A stretch of DNA of 64,000 bases from an uncultured Planctomycetaceae bacterium (GTDB taxonomy: Bacteria > Planctomycetota > Planctomycetia > Pirellulales > PALSA-1355), in NCBI GenBank assembly GCA_963785305.1, contig CAWAUV010000007.1, positions 1,216,001-1,280,000 on the forward strand. The letters are read 5' to 3'. Position numbers and translations under genes: made by a program. The notes below the pieces were generated by a model. It saw nothing but the letters and a program-made list of their open reading frames with translations. It was not told where the DNA came from and did not search any database. Of the stretch, positions 58,700 to 64,000 are shown in pieces; position 1 is the stretch's first letter; every line of letters starts with the position of its first letter.

Positions 58700-59953
58700 G
58701 GGTGACTATCGGTCCTCGGATCTCGCAGAATCCAGCGAATGAAGCCGCCAACCGTTAGTCCTTGAACAATGATCGAAAAGACGACCACGATGTACGTTGC
58801 GGCAAGGAGCGGTTCCCGCGCGTTGGACTGCGGGAGCGACAACGCCATGGCCACGGAAAGTCCGCCTCGCAATGCTCCCCAAGTGAGAATTCTCACGGCG
58901 CCGCGGTCGCACGATAACGGACGGCGCAGCGGCGCGATGATCATTCCGACACTGAGGCATCGCGCCAGCAGCGTGGCGGGCACGATACAAAGGCCGGCCA
59001 GGATATATCTGCCGTCAAACGGCATGACCAACAGTTCGAGCCCAAGGAGCAGGAATAGCAGCGCGTTGAGAATTCCGTCGATCAGTTCCCAAAACATATC
59101 GACGTGCTCTCGTGTCCTAACCGACATCGCGAATTTCCGGCCGCGGTTTCCAATAAACAAGCCCGCGACCACGGCCGTGATCGGCGCCGAAAAGTGAAGC
59201 GCGTTGGCCAACGCGTAGCCGCCCATCGCCAACGCCAGGGTGAGCAGGATTTCGACCTGGTATTCGTCGACCTTGCGAAGCATGCGATAGGTCAACAGCC
59301 CGGCGGCCAAACCCAGCAAGACTCCGCCACCTGTTTCTCGAACGAGCAGAAACAGCACATTGCCCAAGCCGGGCGTGGCCCCTCCCTGACTGGCTTCGAG
59401 CAACGTCAAGAAAATCACCACGCCTATGCCGTCGTTGAAAAGCGACTCGCCCGCAATTTGTATTTCAAGACGCTTGGGGGCCTTCACCTTCTGCATGATC
59501 GACAGCACCGCGATGGGATCGGTCGGCGAGATCAGGGCTCCGAAAAGCAGGCATGGCAGCCAACCCATCGGAATGCCGATCAGGTGGAAAATACCGAAGC
59601 CGCCAATCGCCACGAGAAATGTGGAAATGCACGTTCCGAGAACCGCCAGCAACCCGATTGTCCACTTCTCTTTGGCCAGATCGCCAAGGTCCAATTGGAG
59701 CGAGCCGGCAAAGAGCAGGAACGCGAGCATGCCGTGCAACACCGCGTCATTAAAATCGATTTGGTCCACGAGGCTCGCGGCCCAGACACGGATGCCTGTC
59801 GCCACCGAGCCGGCCGCAAGCAGCAAGATCGACGCGGCCAGGGCCGTTGCCATCACGCCGATCGTCGGAGGTAGCCGGAGATAGCGATAGTTCAAATAGC
59901 TGCAAAGTCGCCGCCAACACGACGAGCACGCTGACCAACGAGAAAAGGCTCAT
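58700..59953 (-). CDS. CPA1-family Na+(K+)/H+ antiporter, NhaP-like (frameshift ~59900; end approximate)
   Basis: FLLFAG, FGALISPTDP, GESLFNDG, WGALRGGLS. Confidence 0.9.
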
Positions 59954-60467
59954 GTTCGCTCCCTACAAACAAGAACAGCTTGAATGTCCGCGACGCGATC
60001 CGGTGGCTCCCCCCATCCCGGGGCCGCATGAGCGGCAATGCCACGGGCGGCTTGCCTCGATTAACGGCCAAGGATCGCGAGTGCTTCGACGGCATTCCAG
60101 ACGGCCCGGCCAAGCCGGACGACGTGCGCTAGCCCCTTGGGCGGCAGGATCGACCGCGTTGCGATCGTCGGCGACAACAGGCGCGAATTTCAGCGGGGTG
60201 AGATTCCACACGGCCAGGTAGTGCTCGTTCACGGCTGAAATGATGGATAATTCGGTTTGCGCGTGTGCCATGCCCACTGCCTTGAGTGGGCATGTTTTCA
60301 AGCGCCACGCGAAGTCCTCAAGCCCACGCAGGGCCCTGGGCCATGGCACACGGAACGAATCCAATCCATCATTGCAACTGTGACAAAGCGGTAGAAGCGT
60401 TGGGCATGGCGCCGGCGCGACACATGGGATTGGCCTTGCGCCCGTCATGGTAGAGCTTACAGCCCCT

Positions 60468-60540
60468 CCGAGAACCTCGGCGAGCGTTCGCACTACCCTC
60501 TCCCAAAGGGAGAGGGGGAGAGTTGTCGGATAGGCTCTTG
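60468..60540. repeat. CCCTCTCCC...GGGAGAGGG repeat family copy
   Basis: TCCGAGAACCTCGGCGAGC...CCCTCTCCCAAAGGGAGAGGG...TCGGATAGGCTCTT. Confidence 0.8.
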
Positions 60541-60571
60541 GGGCGAGGCTTCAGGGAGTTCACGGTACGCT

Positions 60572-61599
60572 TTAAAAATCGCCGCCTCCGCCATCGCCTC
60601 CCCCATCGCCTCCCCCATCGAACCCCCCTCCCCCGCCGGAATCACTTCCAAAATCGCCGCCTCCGCCCGTCGAGTCATAGGAGTCCGCGCTGTAATCGCT
60701 CGCGTCGGAACTTGGGTTCGAGCCGGAGCCCAAGAAACCGCCATCGGAACGCGAATGATCGAATTCCTGGCCGTGGGCAGTCGAGCGGAAAAAATTGTCA
60801 TACATCCAGTTCCCAGCGACCGCGCCAAATACCCCACCCAGAATATTTCCCATGAAACCGCCGCCACCGCCGCCCACGGGTGCGCCCGCGCCGTAGCCAG
60901 CAGCCGGGCCGACGCCGCCGCCATAGGCACGCGCCGGACCGCCCATCAGACGGCGAATGAGAAGAAAACCCACGAACAGGGCAATCACCAACACAATCGG
61001 CCAAAACCATCCACCGCCGGCCGGCTGCTCGAGGGGAATCGTTCGACCGGAAACGCCATGGGCGCCGCATGGCTCCGCGCCGCCTCCGAAGTTTTTCCGT
61101 GGAGCGTCGGTAAATCCTGTCCTAGTTGAACCAAAGCCTCGAAGAGCGATTCGTCGTATTTCTGGGCATGAAATCCGGCGATCAATGTCGAGGCGATTTT
61201 GTCGCGCATCGCCGTGGTGAAGCCCGCCGTTTCGAGCTGTTTGTGGGGCAGAACTTGCAAATACTTCGGATCGCGCGAGGCAAAGATCAGCAGATCGAGC
61301 TTTTCGGCCGCCGCTCGCTTGGCCAAGAAATGTCCGAAGAACTTGGCCCGGTCGCCGGCGCTCATTTGCCGCACGGTCTCGGACTGACCATCGGGCAGCG
61401 TCGAGATTGTTTCGACCCTGACGCGGCAGCCATGCAGACGATCGAGCTCCTCGATCTTCTCGCTGGCGACGCGGACCGTGTCGGCCGAGAAAAACTTGCC
61501 ATCATCCACCACATCGGCCGCCAATGTCGTGGCGGCCGAGAGCGCCGCCAATCCAGCGCAGCAACAGATCCACGAACCGATGGTCTTCATGGCGCCCAT
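60572..61599 (-). CDS. TPM-domain-like protein with TM helix and Gly-rich tail (frameshift ~61000)
   Basis: Signal peptide, V.DDGKFFS, RVETI, F....YD, and tail GGGGDF. Confidence 0.7.
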
Positions 61600-62114
61600 C
61601 TATCTACTCCTAAAGAATTTCGTTGGATACGGTCGCGGCGACCGCCCGGAAGAATGAATCGGATCGCCTCGGCGGTCGCCGGACGATCGTCGCGCCGTGG
61701 TAGTCCACGGCGGCGACGTCAACCGTCGCGATTGCATTATACCCGTTTCACCCGGCGCGGTTTGCCCGAAAGCCCGGTCCTGGCATCGCTATTCGCGAAG
61801 CGCGGGCGGGCATGTCGCGGACAGAGGGCCAGCCATTCGACGACCGCCAGTGCGGGGGCGGCGGACCGCAAGCGATGCCCCAGCGGCCGGCCCTTCGTCG
61901 CTGAAGCCAGCCCGAATCCGGTTTCGCGCGTATCGGATCCGTGGAACGTCTCCCCACAAAAACAGATAGCCCTTGCGACGTTGCCGCCGAAGGGCTTTCT
62001 GTCTCGATTGGAGAGGGTGAGGAGCCTATCGGCGCCGAGCTTTTTAGCGTGGCAATCCGCGGCAACTAATCGATCTCGGCGGCCAGACGCTCCGCGTGGC
62101 GAATCCGCCATTCG

Positions 62115-62639
62115 TTACTTGGTGAAGTTCGAAGTCGGCGGCGACGCGATCAAGGGCGCCACTTCGGGCGAATCGGCCACGGGGGCATGATCCAAGTACT
62201 TTTTCAGCGGAACGGAAATATACGCTCCGCCCGACGGTTGCCGCTTGCCGTCGACCATCTGGGTGAGAATCCGAAATGTGGCGCGGTCGGCAAACTGCTT
62301 GGGTATCTGGACTTGCCCGACGAGTTTGCCGTCGTCGGCCGGTTTCAACTTGAAAAACTCCCTCACGTCATAGGAGTGACCGCCCATGCTATCGGTCTGC
62401 TTGCTGAGCGAGATGAGCTCGACCGAATAGAGCGGCTTCAAGCGTCCTTCATCGGCGACCGTGAACACGACATTCAGCTTGTCGCCGCCGGCGTCGCTCA
62501 CTTGCACATCGTACTTGAGCCCCCAGTCGTCTTTCGACGCGGCCAGCCTGTAGTAGATCGCCCAGACCGGGCCAGCCATCAATGCCATCGCGGCGACCGC
62601 CAACACGACCATCGCCAAGCGTGAAAATCGAATACTCAT
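62115..62639 (-). CDS. Hypothetical secreted protein
   Basis: Signal peptide (PVWA) and strong coding bias. Confidence 0.7.
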   Translation of the reverse strand: MSIRFSRLAMVVLAVAAMALMAGPVWAIYYRLAASKDDWGLKYDVQVSDAGGDKLNVVFTVADEGRLKPLYSVELISLSKQTDSMGGHSYDVREFFKLKPADDGKLVGQVQIPKQFADRATFRILTQMVDGKRQPSGGAYISVPLKKYLDHAPVADSPEVAPLIASPPTSNFTK

Positions 62640-62937
62640 GGCACGTTCACTTTCGAGGTAGGGAGTATGGGAAGCGCGGTAGCGGGCCCGAGCGATCGGC
62701 CCCTCGGCTCGCGCGCATTTGGCGGGCTATTCAAGCGACCCGGATCAATTCGGGCAAGATCAATCAGGCGCGAATTTTCTCGGCTTATCGGCGTTTCGAG
62801 GCCGCGCTCGGTATCGCTCGCGCCGCGATCGGCGCGGGTCTCCGCGGGCGCAAGATCGCGGGCCTGCCCAGAAAATCGTGGGCCGGGTCGAGCCGGCGCC
62901 TTTGCGATCCGTCTTCCAGTCGCCGCGCGCCGCCCCG

Positions 62938-63182
62938 TTATCGCGAGGCGAGCTGCAATCGGAGCAAGATCACATCGCCATTGCCATAGCCGCCTCGGAA
63001 CTCGGCTTGATGGGCCATGCGCGCGGGAAACCGCTCGCAGTCGAAGTAGGTGGAAAAGACGAGGTCGTAATGCGCGGCGCCCGCCGCCGGACCATTTTCT
63101 TGGCCCGCGGCCGACCGGCGAGAATGCCGACCGCCGCGGCCACTAAAAAGAGACTGTTCGGATGCCGGCGCGCATGGATCAA
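62938..63182 (-). pseudogene. Possible remnant of an SBBP beta-propeller protein
   Basis: Signal-like start, then in another frame DLVFSTYF directly followed by AHQAEFRGGYGNGDVILLRL. Confidence 0.35.
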
Positions 63183-63213
63183 GTTTCATCGGGGACTAAA
63201 GCCACGATCGTTT

Positions 63214-63831
63214 TCAGACGACAGCCGGTCGGTCCAAGTCCGAATAGGGATAATAACCCGCCTGTTTCAATTTCGCGATCAGTTCGCCGCCGCCAAATTC
63301 GCGGGCGTAGTCCATTTCCGACCGAGTAATTTCGATGATCGCCAGCAAACCAAACTCCGCATGGTCGGCGTCGGTCCCGTAAGCGTCGAAGATGAGGCAT
63401 TTGCCGCCGACGGTTTCCATGTCCGCCGGAAATTCGCAGGTTTCCAGCGGGTTCAATGTCGCCTGCTCGCTATACCGCGCGATGCAATACAGAATGGCGT
63501 TGATCGAATGATGCGCGCGTCCAAAAGGCGTTGAGCCGTCCTTCGCATCATCGAGGGAGAGCGCGTGCCGCGTGAACATCACCAGTTCATAGAGGTCGAA
63601 CACATCATTGGAGGACCCTTGGCCGGGAATCTCGCAAAGCTCCTTGGTGGCGATCGCCGTGCCCTCGACGCCCTGGGGGAAGTAATATAAGTCGAGCCCC
63701 CCGCCGATGGCATAAGGAATGATCGAGTGCATCACGACGCCGTGCTCTTCGCCCAGAATCTCGACCATCGCGGCTGTTTTCGTTGCATACCACTCGCGGG
63801 CAAGTTCTAGTTCGGCGTCGTCTTCGGTCAT
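63214..63831 (-). CDS. Suppressor-of-fused (SUFU) domain protein
   Basis: Acidic 205 aa. P..GG.LD.Y, AT.EL, YELVMFT, II.ITRSEMDYAREFG.ELI..L, YSDLDR. Confidence 0.75.
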   Translation of the reverse strand: MTEDDAELELAREWYATKTAAMVEILGEEHGVVMHSIIPYAIGGGLDLYYFPQGVEGTAIATKELCEIPGQGSSNDVFDLYELVMFTRHALSLDDAKDGSTPFGRAHHSINAILYCIARYSEQATLNPLETCEFPADMETVGGKCLIFDAYGTDADHAEFGLLAIIEITRSEMDYAREFGGGELIAKLKQAGYYPYSDLDRPAVV

Positions 63832-63889
63832 GATCGATAGCCTCGTTTAGGCGCGTCGCGGCAGCCAATTGTTTCACGGCGATCGTCGA

Positions 63890-64000
63890 TTAACCGCGTT
63901 TCGCGGCTTCGATCGTGGCGATGTCGATCTTCTTCATCCGCATCATCGCGTCGAATGCCCGCTTGGCCGCCGCGGGATCGGGATCGGCGATTGCTTGCAT
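63890..64000 (-). CDS. VOC/PhnB-family protein, C-terminus only
   Basis: DPDPAAAKRAFDAMMRMKKIDIATIEAA. Confidence 0.85.
   Translation of the reverse strand: MQAIADPDPAAAKRAFDAMMRMKKIDIATIEAAKRG

Noticed and set aside
58483..58700. Long C-terminal extension of the antiporter overlapping the opposing gene
   Set aside because: Low-information sequence, most simply explained by a lost stop codon.
59963..60450. 176-aa ORF between the antiporter and the TPM-like gene
   Set aside because: It starts inside a repeat element and lacks coding bias or motifs.

Overview
GC-rich bacterial chromosome segment, almost certainly from a planctomycete (Pirellulales-like). The evidence is a DUF1559 prepilin-like gene, a BBP7-type beta-barrel, a DUF1570 protein and typical intergenic palindromes. 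Most of the window is housekeeping: ribH, rho, coaE, polA, hisH, pduO-type adenosyltransferase, glnB-glnD, trxA, msrB, plsC, cmk, and nrdJ with tandem NrdR boxes. There are two accessory regions. The first (~10.1-22.1 kb) is a promoter plus structured leader with a strong intrinsic terminator, then xfp-fba-tpiA-pgi, a plasma-membrane-type H+-ATPase with a DUF2934 tail, and a TraR/DksA gene. It ends with a ParE remnant and a hypothetical gene split by a complete IS3. The second (~54.5-57.0 kb) holds a REP-like repeat, an excisionase remnant, a complete IS630 and a HEPN-motif gene. The window also has a pentameric ligand-gated ion channel and a ~220-bp foldback element with two recombinase-site-like palindromes. 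About 20 genes, including polA and nrdJ, carry small frameshifts that are most likely long-read assembly errors. The best candidate for an undescribed system is the putative riboswitch/attenuator controlling the sugar-catabolism plus proton-pump operon. All calls are by eye; no database searches were run.
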